A stretch of 64,000 nucleotides of DNA from Candidatus Pacebacteria bacterium CG2_30_36_39 (GTDB lineage: Bacteria > Patescibacteriota > Microgenomatia > UBA1400 > PJMF01), in contig MNZB01000003.1 in NCBI GenBank assembly GCA_001873435.1, positions 137,789 to 201,788 on the forward strand, read 5' to 3'. The notes beneath the pieces are model-generated. The model did no database searches, was not told where the DNA came from, and worked only from the letters and a program-made list of their open reading frames with translations. The translations under genes and the position numbers were made by a program. Positions 1 through 9,733 of this stretch are shown piece by piece; within the stretch, counting starts at the first letter, position 1, and every line of letters begins with the position of its first letter.

Positions 1-1694
1 AGATCATCATTTTCATGGAAATTACCTCTAGAAGCAAAAGTTGCTCCACCAGAGCTTGAGATTCTAATATCCTGGGTTCCTGGCAAGTTGCCTTGTTGAA
101 CATTTAAGAAGAACATGAAGTCACCTGTTTCGGGACTGAAAACTGGAATGTAGAAACTATTAGTTGGCATTTCTCTATATATTCTATGAGCTTCTGGTAG
201 TTCAGCGACACTAGATGTTCCTGCTCCTTGTAGAAGAGCAAAGAAATTGTTTTGTGGGCCAACAGCCCAACCTGGGAAGAATCTAGCTACATTTCTTTGG
301 GCATCTGTTTGAGTCCAGCCTTGACCGCCAATATCTGCACCTTGATAGATTTGTAACATTAAATCGGTTATGTAATTGGCTAAATTTTGACCACCATGCT
401 CACCTCTATATAGATCTCTAAGAGAAACTTCACCAATTCCTGGTAAGTTAACTCTTGGTAAGACTATTTGATTACCAGTAGCTGGATCAATTAAGGCAAA
501 AGTACCATCTGGATTTTCAATACCAGGAACAGTTAGATCAGGGAAGCTCTCACCATACATATCTAGTTCAGATTCTGGAGTATTGTGAGCAGATCTCCAA
601 GAGCCTAGTCCTAACTTGTATTCTCCAGCTGCTGTTGGACTCCAGTAAGTTGGATAGTTTTCTCCACCCTCAACATCAGGAAACACCTCTACCAACCCAT
701 CATAAGTATTAGCTCTCTCCACTAGTGCTTGTGAATATTGAAGTCTCTCTTGGTCAGTCATCTCTGCATATGGCTTAGTTACTAATTCTGGAGCTAAACC
801 CCTCTCGCCAGCTGTCCATTGACCAGTCTGACCATCGACATAAGCAACCACCACACCATTAGCATCTAAGGCTACTGGCAAACCATCTGCCCCAATTGCA
901 AGTTGCACCGCTCTATTCTCACATACACTATTAGCTCCATCTAGTGAAATAGTTAATGTTTCTCCTTGATGTCCAGTTACAAAAGAAATCGTAAAATGAG
1001 TACCAGCTGGGTAATCATCGGTTCTTCCCTGTTGTAAAACCTCAACAATAATATTGTTTGATGAAACATCAACTAGTTTCACTGCGCTTGGCGCAGCCAA
1101 TCCCCTATTGAAAATATATTGATTCATTAAATTCCAAGAATTCTCAATAACTGGATCAATAACTGGATCAATAACATTTTCTTGACCAGCATATCTTCCG
1201 TAATCAATACTCAATTCATCAAAAGGCATTGCAGTAGCAGTTTCTATTGGATTACCACCTGCTTCAGTAGCAGGAGGAACATTAGCAGTCTCAGTAGCAA
1301 CAGTAGTAGGAACAATCACATCAGGACCACCAGTTGGGCCACTAGCACAACTAGCCAAGAAGATCATCAAAAAGATCATGGTAACTAAAGTTAAAATTAA
1401 TCTCTTACGTTCTGGAGCAAAACCAACAGTCTGACTATCAAAACTCTTCTTATTAAATCCACTATCTGCTCCAACTGAAGCATAAGCTAGTTGAACATCA
1501 TCTGGCTTAAGTACAGCCTCTAACTTATATAGTTCAAACTGAACCTTTTGCCAGCCAGCAGTAAGAAGTGATTGGATTTCAGACAACCCTACTCCAGCTT
1601 CTCTACCAAACTCTTTTAATTTTGAATCAGCCTTATTCTTTTGAAAAGCAAAACGATCAAAACCTCTTTGTTCTGGAAAATTGTTTTTAGACAT
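1..1694 (-). CDS. Large membrane-anchored/lipoprotein-like surface protein, runs off the left edge (>564 aa)
   Basis: Missing from the ORF track. Manual translation from ATG at 1694 is open to base 1 (MSKNNFPEQRGFDRF...). Has hydrophobic segment RKRLILTLVTMIFLMIFLAS-C and a Pro/Thr linker (PTTVATETANVPPATE). Confidence 0.85.
   Translation of the reverse strand, partial: MSKNNFPEQRGFDRFAFQKNKADSKLKEFGREAGVGLSEIQSLLTAGWQKVQFELYKLEAVLKPDDVQLAYASVGADSGFNKKSFDSQTVGFAPERKRLILTLVTMIFLMIFLASCASGPTGGPDVIVPTTVATETANVPPATEAGGNPIETATAMPFDELSIDYGRYAGQENVIDPVIDPVIENSWNLMNQYIFNRGLAAPSAVKLVDVSSNNIIVEVLQQGRTDDYPAGTHFTISFVTGHQGETLTISLDGANSVCENRAVQLAIGADGLPVALDANGVVVAYVDGQTGQWTAGERGLAPELVTKPYAEMTDQERLQYSQALVERANTYDGLVEVFPDVEGGENYPTYWSPTAAGEYKLGLGSWRSAHNTPESELDMYGESFPDLTVPGIENPDGTFALIDPATGNQIVLPRVNLPGIGEVSLRDLYRGEHGGQNLANYITDLMLQIYQGADIGGQGWTQTDAQRNVARFFPGWAVGPQNNFFALLQGAGTSSVAELPEAHRIYREMPTNSFYIPVFSPETGDFMFFLNVQQGNLPGTQDIRISSSGGATFASRGNFHENDD
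1144..1175. repeat. 12-bp in-frame tandem repeat (~2.7 copies, encodes VIDP)
   Basis: tcaataactgga tcaataactgga tcaataac. Confidence 0.8.
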
Positions 1695-1914
1695 TTGTTT
1701 TGTAGTTTCTAGGTATATAACCTGTCGCTAATACAAAACTCTTTAACTATATAAAACTATATACTTCAGAGTCTAAAAGACTATTATAATCATTTTTTTC
1801 TTTAAATGCAACCCTTTGTATATCTTCTTATATATTAATATAGGATTGGTGTTAGCCATTAAAACAAAAAAATACCAACAAAACCACTATCCTCATAAGA
1901 CAATATTTAGCAAC

Positions 1915-1943
1915 TTGATTTTTTTCTCCAACTTGGTTAGAAT
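1915..1943 (+). promoter_or_regulatory. Sigma70-type promoter of the rpmF operon
   Basis: TTGATT-17 nt-TAGAAT. Confidence 0.55.
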
Positions 1944-1987
1944 CATCTCTTCAGTTACATTGCTATTCAAAAATAGAGAAAGAACCT

Positions 1988-2155
1988 ATGGGAGCAGTAC
2001 CAAAAAACAAAATCACCAGTGTCGAACGCGGCAAAAGACGCGCCGGCAACACACCAAGCTTAAAAAAAGACACTAAAATTAGTAAAACCCCTTTACACAA
2101 ACAGGGCCTAATGGCTAGTTTCTTAAAAGCTATATCTGGCGAGAAAAAAGCTTAA
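1988..2155 (+). CDS. rpmF: 50S ribosomal protein bL32, divergent and Cys-free (55 aa)
   Basis: Manual translation MGAVPKNKITSVERGKRRAGNTPSL... matches the bL32 N-terminus (AVPK..S..R..KRR). Sits in the rpmF-nusB-rnc context. Confidence 0.8.
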   Translation: MGAVPKNKITSVERGKRRAGNTPSLKKDTKISKTPLHKQGLMASFLKAISGEKKA

Positions 2156-2278
2156 GCTTTTTTAACTGGGTTTACTCAAGCAACTCCTGCTTGCATTTTA
2201 TAATTTTGTCCCCTACTCTAACCAGTAGAGACTCTCATATTGAGAGAGTGTTTTTGTTTGTTAAAACAGAAAGTTAAC

Positions 2279-2659
2279 ATGACCGAACAGGCTGATCCGA
2301 GACATGAAAAAAGAGCACAGCTCATGCAAACCATTTTTGCGCTTATGTTCTCAGGAGAAGAAGGCCAAGAATTGGAAGAACTATTTTTTCTTGAAGAAGC
2401 CAGAGAAATAATAGCTTCTTCAGCTGAAATAGACACCCAAATCACTCAGCACGCCCCAGAACGTCCGTTAACCGAGATAAACCAAGTAGATTTAGCCATT
2501 ATGCGCCAAATCATCTTTGAAGCCACACACAAAAACACCCCCAAAAAAGTCTTAATAAACGAAGCAGTAGAACTAGCAAAAGAATATGGCTCAGAAAGCT
2601 CACCAAAATTTGTAAATGGCGTGCTAGGAAAAGTCCTAATGGAGGAAACCAATGAATAA
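2279..2659 (+). CDS. nusB: Transcription antitermination factor NusB
   Basis: VDLAIMR, VLINEAVELAKEYG and FVNGVLG motifs. Start moved to ATG 2279. Confidence 0.95.
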   Translation: MTEQADPRHEKRAQLMQTIFALMFSGEEGQELEELFFLEEAREIIASSAEIDTQITQHAPERPLTEINQVDLAIMRQIIFEATHKNTPKKVLINEAVELAKEYGSESSPKFVNGVLGKVLMEETNE

Positions 2660-2915
2660 CCAAACATTTTTAGAAATACAAGAACTCTTGGCTCTAGCAA
2701 CGGGCCACAACTCACAAGAAATCATGCCAATCACCCAATTAGAGGTAGACCTAGGCATTGACATGGAAGAAGACTTTCCTCGCCTATTGGCTGTTATCAA
2801 CCAAAAATTTGATATCGACCTAGAACTAGACCATGTTCTAGATGAACTAGATGAAGCCGGAGACACAGTCGAACATCTAGTTAAATTGATCTTTGAAGAA
2901 GTAGAACTAGGATAA
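2652..2915 (+). CDS. Acyl-carrier-protein-like protein lacking the phosphopantetheine Ser
   Basis: Acidic 87 aa, L..DLGID(M) motif and TVEHLV helix, directly upstream of rnc as acpP often is. Confidence 0.7.
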   Translation: MNNQTFLEIQELLALATGHNSQEIMPITQLEVDLGIDMEEDFPRLLAVINQKFDIDLELDHVLDELDEAGDTVEHLVKLIFEEVELG

Positions 2916-2925
2916 AACAATTGAC

Positions 2926-3594
2926 ATGCTACCTAAGTTTAATAATCCAGAACTATTAACCACAGCCCTCTCACATCGAAGCTCATTGAATGAAGCTGAT
3001 TCTGGCACAACAGCCAAAGAATCCTATGAAAGATTTGAGTTTTTAGGCGACGCAGTTCTAGAACTTGTAACCACCGAATTCTTATTTGCCAAATACCCCA
3101 CTGACCCAGAAGGAGTTTTGACTGCATACAGAAGCGCCTTGGTCAAAACCACTACTCTAGCCTCTATAGCCAGAAAACTAGAGCTGGGCAAGATAATGTT
3201 TATGAGCAGAGGCGAAGAAGCCACTGGGGGCCGTGAAAACGAAGGCCTCTTAGCCGACGTATTCGAAGCTGTCATTGGTGGTCTATACCTCGACCAAGGC
3301 TATGAAGTAGTTAAAACATTTTTAAACGAAGAACTCTTCCCTTACTTCGAAGAAATAAAAAGTAAAAAATTATATAAAGACAGCAAAAGCGCTCTACAAG
3401 AAGCAGTTCAAGCCAGCGGCCTATCTACCCCTGAATACAAAGTGATAAACGAAGAAGGCCCAGACCACGAAAAGACATTTACCGTTGAAGTAATAGTAGC
3501 CAATAAAGTAATGGGACAAGGAACTGGCAAGAGCAAACAAATCGCTCAACAAGAAGCTGCCACTCAAGCTTTATCTGCTTTTGAAAAAAAATAA
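2926..3594 (+). CDS. rnc: Ribonuclease III
   Basis: ERFEFLGDAVL signature, ADVFEAVIGG, C-terminal dsRBD. Confidence 0.98.
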   Translation: MLPKFNNPELLTTALSHRSSLNEADSGTTAKESYERFEFLGDAVLELVTTEFLFAKYPTDPEGVLTAYRSALVKTTTLASIARKLELGKIMFMSRGEEATGGRENEGLLADVFEAVIGGLYLDQGYEVVKTFLNEELFPYFEEIKSKKLYKDSKSALQEAVQASGLSTPEYKVINEEGPDHEKTFTVEVIVANKVMGQGTGKSKQIAQQEAATQALSAFEKK

Positions 3595-3614
3595 TTAGTA
3601 AAATATCTTTCGTC

Positions 3615-3643
3615 TTGAGAATTTTGACAAAAAGATATACAAT
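3615..3643 (+). promoter_or_regulatory. Promoter of rpsP-khpA
   Basis: TTGAGA-17 nt-TACAAT. Confidence 0.6.
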
Positions 3644-3736
3644 TCTCCCCTATGATCTTGCTAGCTCGTGCTCCGAGAATCAAGATTGAAGAGGCTAATT
3701 GTATAAATATTAATAAAAAAAGAGAAAAAATAACTT

Positions 3737-4147
3737 ATGTTAAAGATCAAACTCGCTCGTTTTGGTAAAACAAAACAGCCACAATACCGCATCGTTGTTA
3801 ACGAAGCCAAAGACAAAAGAGACGGCAAATATGTAGAACAAGTCGGTCGTTACGTCCCTGCTCAAATTCCAAAAATCTTAGAATTTGAAGTCGAAAAATA
3901 CAACGAATGGCTCAAAAAAGGCGCTCAACCAACTGAAACAGTAGCCAGCCTTTTCACTCGTTACACTTCAGGCAACCCTTTCCCAGCTAGAAAACCTCAA
4001 CTTTCTCGTAAAGCCAAGGCCAAAGCTGAAGCAGCCGCCAAAGAAGCTGAAGAAAAGAAAAATGCCCCAGTTGAAACTGTTGAAACCACTGCTGCTCCAG
4101 AAGCCCCAGTCGAAACTCCAGTTGAAACCGTTGCAGCTACCGAATAA
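3737..4147 (+). CDS. rpsP: 30S ribosomal protein bS16 with Ala/Glu/Pro-rich tail
   Basis: MLKIKLARFG..QPQYRIVV, GAQPTETV. Confidence 0.97.
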   Translation: MLKIKLARFGKTKQPQYRIVVNEAKDKRDGKYVEQVGRYVPAQIPKILEFEVEKYNEWLKKGAQPTETVASLFTRYTSGNPFPARKPQLSRKAKAKAEAAAKEAEEKKNAPVETVETTAAPEAPVETPVETVAATE

Positions 4148-4169
4148 TTAAGTAAGCACAAAGGAAAAA

Positions 4170-4400
4170 ATGAAAAACTTTGTTGAGTATCTGTTGGTAC
4201 GATTAATCGATCATCCAGATGAACTTCAGGTTACTGAACAAGAAACTGCAGAAGGCTTGTTAATCCAAATCACCGTCAACCCAGAAGACATGGGACGAGT
4301 AATCGGCAAAGGTGGAAAAGTCATCAAATCAGTTCGCAAACTAGTTCAAGTCAAAGCAGCTCGTGACGGCATTCGCGTTAGAGTTGAAGTAGCTGAATAA
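4170..4400 (+). CDS. khpA: KH-domain RNA-binding protein KhpA (YlqC)
   Basis: DMGRVIGKGG KH motif, follows rpsP. Confidence 0.93.
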   Translation: MKNFVEYLLVRLIDHPDELQVTEQETAEGLLIQITVNPEDMGRVIGKGGKVIKSVRKLVQVKAARDGIRVRVEVAE

Positions 4401-4422
4401 AATAAATTTTATAATGAAAAAT

Positions 4423-4449
4423 AAAACCCGCTCAACAAGCGGGTTTTTT
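4423..4449. terminator. Bidirectional intrinsic terminator
   Basis: AAAACCCGCT-caaca-AGCGGGTTTT between convergent genes. Confidence 0.85.
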
Positions 4450-5287
4450 ATTGAGAAAAATTAACATCAGTACTAATCTGCTTTTCCAAATCACTCACTG
4501 CCAAACCCTCAATCCCAAATAAATCTGTGTTATCTCCACCAATAATCTCTGTCTGATCCTCAATCTTAGGAGGAGTAAATTTTAAAATATCCTGGAAAAT
4601 AATTTTTTCCTCATCAGTAATCTTTGGCAAAGCTGAAGCCAAAGTCGCAGAAACAGGCTTAGTATAATAATAAGTATTGAGAGTAATATCTGCCCTAGTC
4701 ATCTGATCTCCACTCAACACACTCTTACTTTCACGATCAATAGAAAGACTAGTAATTGTAGTAATAGGCGAAACTCTTTCAATCATCGTCATAAACTCTT
4801 TTACCTGATTCAACTCCCCCACCACACTCAACTCCAATTCAAGTTGATCATAATCAGCAGACCTCTTTTGCTTAATCGGAGCAACCTTTTTATTTGCCTC
4901 CTGATCTGCCTCAGAAACTATTTCCCCAGGATTAATCTTAAATTCTGTAATAGAAACACGTGTCTCATTGGCAACTGAATTCAAATTATTAAGCAACTCC
5001 AACAAAGGCTTATGAGAAGGCAAAATCTCACTCATCCTCTCTGCCTGAGCATATTCATCAGTGTATTTAAGCTGTTGTAATTCCTCTGTTTTCTTCTTTA
5101 ATTGATCTACCTTCTTTTGAGTAGTAGCAATCTTGCTTTGAGTCTGAAAAATAGCAGTTACCTGCGAATAAGTTAGAACCAACAAAACCAAACTAGTAAA
5201 AATTAAAGCACCAGCAATTACCAACTTCCTCCTGGTACTAAGAATCAAATTGAAATTGAGATTACTCAGCTTATTTAGCGTTGGCAT
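4448..5287 (-). CDS. pilO: Type IV pilus PilO-like protein
   Basis: N-terminal TM, coiled coil, PilO-like C-terminal half, last gene of the pilM-N-O series. Confidence 0.7.
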   Translation of the reverse strand: MPTLNKLSNLNFNLILSTRRKLVIAGALIFTSLVLLVLTYSQVTAIFQTQSKIATTQKKVDQLKKKTEELQQLKYTDEYAQAERMSEILPSHKPLLELLNNLNSVANETRVSITEFKINPGEIVSEADQEANKKVAPIKQKRSADYDQLELELSVVGELNQVKEFMTMIERVSPITTITSLSIDRESKSVLSGDQMTRADITLNTYYYTKPVSATLASALPKITDEEKIIFQDILKFTPPKIEDQTEIIGGDNTDLFGIEGLAVSDLEKQISTDVNFSQ

Positions 5288-5843
5288 CAGCTGTCTCCCC
5301 CTGCTTCAATAGCTCTACTGCGATATCAATATTGTAACTGCCATTATCATCTCGACGTAGACCACTCTTATTAATTGCTGAAAACTCTTTTTTCACTGAA
5401 TCAGAATCTAAAGTATCCAGAATTTTTTCTAAGGCAAAAATATTTTCACTAGTCAATCTTAATGAAAGCTGATTCTCTTCTCCGCCATAATTCATACCAG
5501 ACAAAAATACTTGACTACCAAATAAATTAGAAAAATACTCAATCGACTGCTGCTTATTACTTCTATTCTGATAAAGATCTTTAACTGTCTTGAGCTTTTG
5601 CGTAAAAACCAAAAAAGTCATCTCCGTTGATTCCTCATTGAGAATACTAGAAGAATAAGCTTTTTCGCTCTCATTAGTAGCCTTCAACTTATTAGTTGAA
5701 AAAATATTGACACCCACCACTATAGCAAAAACAGCAAAAACCACACCAAAAACCCACATACTATATTTTTCATAAATAGCATCCTTTTCACCAACCTTAG
5801 TTAGGGTAATGCGGCGTTGAGATAAAAAATTAATCTCAGTCAT
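5271..5843 (-). CDS. pilN: Type IV pilus PilN-like protein
   Basis: EINFL N-terminal motif, TM, coiled coil, follows pilM. Confidence 0.75.
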   Translation of the reverse strand: MTEINFLSQRRITLTKVGEKDAIYEKYSMWVFGVVFAVFAIVVGVNIFSTNKLKATNESEKAYSSSILNEESTEMTFLVFTQKLKTVKDLYQNRSNKQQSIEYFSNLFGSQVFLSGMNYGGEENQLSLRLTSENIFALEKILDTLDSDSVKKEFSAINKSGLRRDDNGSYNIDIAVELLKQGETADANAK

Positions 5844-5844
5844 A

Positions 5845-6852
5845 TCATGCTAATTCCCTCATTAATAAACCAAGACAAACAGAATATGTTTGCTGGTTCT
5901 CTTGAGGAATTTCTCCTGTAGCTGAAGCAAAAGGAGCTGAGAAAAGAATTTCTGTGCCTAAGCTTTCTGACAAATACTCAACCAACCCAGGCAGTTGAGA
6001 AGTACCACCAGTAATAACAATTCTAGAAAGAGTATTTTGAGGGAATTGACTTGCAAAATACCTTTGAGCCTTTTGAATTTCATTAGTCAAAGTATTAATA
6101 ACCGGGATTAACGCATTTCTAACTCTACCCTCAAATTGATTTGGATCTAAACCATAAGTTCGCTTATATTGCTCTGCTTGTTGCAAATCTAAACCTAAAG
6201 TCTGTTGTAGAGTTTTAGTTAACAAAGCACCTGCCCCAGAATGAGTAAAAACAAACTGAATCTCACCCTTAAAAATTACCACCACATCCATATTAGTCGC
6301 ACCGATATTGAGAACCATAGTTGGAGGTTCATCTGCCCCAATATCAAGCGAACGTAATAAAGACAAAACATGAGTCTCTAATAAAGTTGGCTCAATACCC
6401 ATAGCAATAAACATGTTGATAAAACGATCAACCAAGCTCTTACGTGTACCAATTAATAAAACCCTCATCTGCTCTTGCTTGCTTTTTTCTGGTCTATAAA
6501 GAACTTTGTATTGCAAAGACAAATCTTCTTTAGGAATTGGAATATGTTGCTCTGCTTGCCAATTAATAGCAGAAGCCAACTCAGCATCAGTCAAAGGAGG
6601 AATGCTAATAACCTTGGAAGAAACAATAGACTCTGGCAAGCTCAATCTAATATCAGCATGAGGAATTTTATTATCAAAAACAATATTATTCACTAATTCA
6701 CCAACCTGCTCAATTTGAAGATCATCAATTGGCATGGCAATCCCATGTGGATTCAAAGTTTCAACCGTTCTTATAATATTGGGTTGTTTTCCAGGATCAG
6801 CTGAAATAACTTTGACGGCATAAGTACCGATGTCGATGGCTGTGGCAGGCAT
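5845..6852 (-). CDS. pilM: Type IV pilus assembly protein PilM (actin-like ATPase fold)
   Basis: AIDIGTYAVK, QAEQHIPIP, ITGGTSQLPGL. Confidence 0.93.
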   Translation of the reverse strand: MPATAIDIGTYAVKVISADPGKQPNIIRTVETLNPHGIAMPIDDLQIEQVGELVNNIVFDNKIPHADIRLSLPESIVSSKVISIPPLTDAELASAINWQAEQHIPIPKEDLSLQYKVLYRPEKSKQEQMRVLLIGTRKSLVDRFINMFIAMGIEPTLLETHVLSLLRSLDIGADEPPTMVLNIGATNMDVVVIFKGEIQFVFTHSGAGALLTKTLQQTLGLDLQQAEQYKRTYGLDPNQFEGRVRNALIPVINTLTNEIQKAQRYFASQFPQNTLSRIVITGGTSQLPGLVEYLSESLGTEILFSAPFASATGEIPQENQQTYSVCLGLLMRELA

Positions 6853-6864
6853 GATTTTTTTTAT

Positions 6865-7671
6865 TTAGTTTTTAATAATAGAACTTCCACTGACTAAGGC
6901 ATATTCCATGAACGCTGGTGCGGTAGACAATGTTCTTTTAACTTCAAAAGTACGAGCTTCTTGTCCAGCTAAAGAATTCTGCGCTTGGGAGTTGATCGTA
7001 AACTGACTAGTAGCTGGAGAGCCGACAATTTTAATATCAGTATCATTGTAGACAGGCTTTACTCTAACAAATTGATCTGTTGCAGAAGTAAAAAGTGTAT
7101 ATCCATACTTATACGGAGCTGGACCAACATCATTAGCTATGAAGTTATCTCCCCTTGTACCAGCACCACTACAATTACCAACGGCATAATGCTTGGCTGT
7201 GATATTCCCAGCATCATTTGAATAAACCGAAAGCAACAAAGAAGCACTATCAGCACAAGCAGCTTCTGTAGCCCAATAAAAACTAATACTACCAGCTGCT
7301 GGCACTAATAACTCAGTACTAGTACCCTGCTTTAAGTGAGTTTCCAAAATATTGCTTTTAGTAATACTGTAATTAATATTTGAATTACTTTCTGTAAGAT
7401 CTAGCGAAGCTATTTCTTCAGAAATGCCAGAAACATCATTAGCTTCTTCATGTTGATAGATACTTGCCAAAGCAGCCTCTACACCAGATTCAGCAGCATT
7501 AAATACTCTAGTAGTATCTTCTTGTTGGATAGCAATTTCTGCTTGTTGAGAGGTTCTAGCAGCAAGAGAAAGTCCTAGAGATAGGATGACCACCATGATT
7601 AAGAGGATAATTAAACCTACTTGACCAGATTGTCCTTGCCACTTTGATTTGGATGGGCTTTTCATAGCCAT
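6865..7671 (-). CDS. PilX-like minor pilin
   Basis: Prepilin-like QSG/QVGLIILLIMVVILSLGLS and AAESGVE motif. Confidence 0.75.
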   Translation of the reverse strand: MAMKSPSKSKWQGQSGQVGLIILLIMVVILSLGLSLAARTSQQAEIAIQQEDTTRVFNAAESGVEAALASIYQHEEANDVSGISEEIASLDLTESNSNINYSITKSNILETHLKQGTSTELLVPAAGSISFYWATEAACADSASLLLSVYSNDAGNITAKHYAVGNCSGAGTRGDNFIANDVGPAPYKYGYTLFTSATDQFVRVKPVYNDTDIKIVGSPATSQFTINSQAQNSLAGQEARTFEVKRTLSTAPAFMEYALVSGSSIIKN

Positions 7672-7728
7672 TCCATGATACGAATAATAATCTCAAGAAA
7701 CAAGACTGAATTGCAGCCCAATATTTTT

Positions 7729-9732
7729 TTAGTTTGGAGCTGGAAGATCAGAATTTGCTTGGAAACTAAAAATAGGCTGCCAATTAGTATTTTTGATCAA
7801 TTGATAACTAGTATGAGCAGCCTGAATTAGCTCCAAGTTTGTCCAAGAAGCAAAACGCAAAGTATCAAGTCCATGTTGTTGAAAACCAAACAAATCCCCA
7901 GCTCCCCTATTTTGCAAATCTCTTTCAGCCAATTTCAAACCATTATTTTCTTGAGTAAACAACTGCAAACGATCAATAGTCTCTGAAGTCTTAGAATTGC
8001 TGAATAACAAACAATAACTTTCTTGACCAGCGCGCCCCACTCTACCCCTCAACTGATGCAAGCTTGCCAACCCAAAACGCTCTGCAGCCTCAATCATAAT
8101 AATATTGGCTTGAGGCAAATCAACACCCACCTCCACAACTGGTGTTGTAACCAAAACATCAATCTTTTTGGCAAAAACACCATCAATAGCCAGTTGTTTT
8201 TCTTTTGCTGACAATTTGCCATGCAACAAACCAACTCTTAATTTAGGATTGGACTTTTGGTAAAAATCTTTAATAGTTACAAACAAATCTTTGGCTGCTG
8301 CAACATTAGAAAGAGTTTCTTGTACTGACGGCTCAATAAACGGACAGACAATCAGAGCTTGACCCTTGGTTTTTTCCAAAGTCTCACCAATCCATTGTAA
8401 TGAACTAATTTTTTTCTGATCTCCAACCAACCAGGTCTTTGTAGGCAATCTTCCTTTTGGCATTTCATCAATAATACTGAGAGTCATATGTGAAAAGAGA
8501 GTCAACATCAAACTACGAGGAATAGGTGTAGCTGATAGAGTTAGGGTATGAGGAGTTCCATGGCTCATGGTAGGCAAGGAACGCTGTTTAACACCAAAGC
8601 GATGTTGCTCATCATAAGCTACTAAAACAGGATCGATTTTTTCTAACTGATTCAGCACCGCATGAGTACCAATGTATAGAGTTGGAGTTGTTCTAACCTC
8701 AAACTTTTTAGCTTCTTTAGTTGTTAAAAGAGCCACTGGCATTGTGGGAAAAAGTTTTTTGATAGTTTCAATATGCTGTTGGGCAAGAATTTGAGTTGGA
8801 GCAACGATCACTGCATTTTTTTTGTTTAACACCACAGCAACAAAACAACCAATCCCAACCACTACAGTTTTACCAGAACCAACATCTCCAATTAACAAGC
8901 GATTCATTGGTAAATCATTTTGCAAATCACCAAGAACCTCTTGCACCGATCTTTCTTGGGCCGCAGTCAAAGCAAAAGGCAATTTATTTGCCAACCACTT
9001 ATGGTAATCATTACTTTTCTCAGGCAACTCCATAGGTAGGGCACTATGAGTATTTTTCCAAGCCTCTTTAATTTGATGTGAATGAAAAATTAAACTTAAC
9101 AACTCTTCCAAAGCTAGTCTTTCACGAGCTAATGGCACCTGATCCGCGTCTTCAGGAAAATGTAGCACCTTCAAAGCTTTGGCCAATGGCATGAGATTAT
9201 TTGGCAATAATTTATCTTGAGAATCATCTTCCAAGCGATCAATAATTTCTTTAACAATTCTTCTAAAGCTACCAACCTTAAGATGTGGACCGATTTCTGA
9301 ATACATCGGCACTAGCCTACCGGTATTAATAGTTTCTGTTTGAATTTTTTCCACCACTGGTTGAACTAAAACATTACGATCAGAAAGTTTGCCTGAAAAA
9401 AACCATTCACTTCCTTTTTTTAATTGACTACCAATAAATCTATTATTAAACCAAAAAGCATTAATTCTCCCAGTTGTATCTTGAAGAGTAGCTTTAGTCA
9501 TTACCTTGCGACCGCGATATGAAGTAGAAATCTGCATCACATGCGCCTGGAAAGTAATAACAACATCTTTTTGCAATTGATCTATAGTGCCGAATTGAGA
9601 ACGATCCTCATAGCGAAAAGGCAGTCTAAGCAAAATATCTAGGACGGAAGAAATATTCTTTGTTTCCAAATCATTTGCCAAAGTAGGACCGATGCCCTTG
9701 ACGACATGAATTGATTCTTTGAAATGATACAT
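7729..9732 (-). CDS. recG: ATP-dependent DNA helicase RecG
   Basis: GDVGSGKT, DEQHRFGV, SATPIPRS, LHQLRGRVGR. Confidence 0.97.
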   Translation of the reverse strand: MYHFKESIHVVKGIGPTLANDLETKNISSVLDILLRLPFRYEDRSQFGTIDQLQKDVVITFQAHVMQISTSYRGRKVMTKATLQDTTGRINAFWFNNRFIGSQLKKGSEWFFSGKLSDRNVLVQPVVEKIQTETINTGRLVPMYSEIGPHLKVGSFRRIVKEIIDRLEDDSQDKLLPNNLMPLAKALKVLHFPEDADQVPLARERLALEELLSLIFHSHQIKEAWKNTHSALPMELPEKSNDYHKWLANKLPFALTAAQERSVQEVLGDLQNDLPMNRLLIGDVGSGKTVVVGIGCFVAVVLNKKNAVIVAPTQILAQQHIETIKKLFPTMPVALLTTKEAKKFEVRTTPTLYIGTHAVLNQLEKIDPVLVAYDEQHRFGVKQRSLPTMSHGTPHTLTLSATPIPRSLMLTLFSHMTLSIIDEMPKGRLPTKTWLVGDQKKISSLQWIGETLEKTKGQALIVCPFIEPSVQETLSNVAAAKDLFVTIKDFYQKSNPKLRVGLLHGKLSAKEKQLAIDGVFAKKIDVLVTTPVVEVGVDLPQANIIMIEAAERFGLASLHQLRGRVGRAGQESYCLLFSNSKTSETIDRLQLFTQENNGLKLAERDLQNRGAGDLFGFQQHGLDTLRFASWTNLELIQAAHTSYQLIKNTNWQPIFSFQANSDLPAPN

Positions 9733-9733
9733 C

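Noticed and set aside
1816-2076. 86-aa ORF from the track, plus many short antisense or overlapping ORFs
   Set aside because: It overlaps the rpmF promoter and gene in another frame. The others shadow well-supported genes and have no motifs.
3718-3745. TTATGTTAAA resembling the XerD arm of dif
   Set aside because: It is the rpsP start (ATG TTA AAG), and no XerC arm lies at the right spacing.
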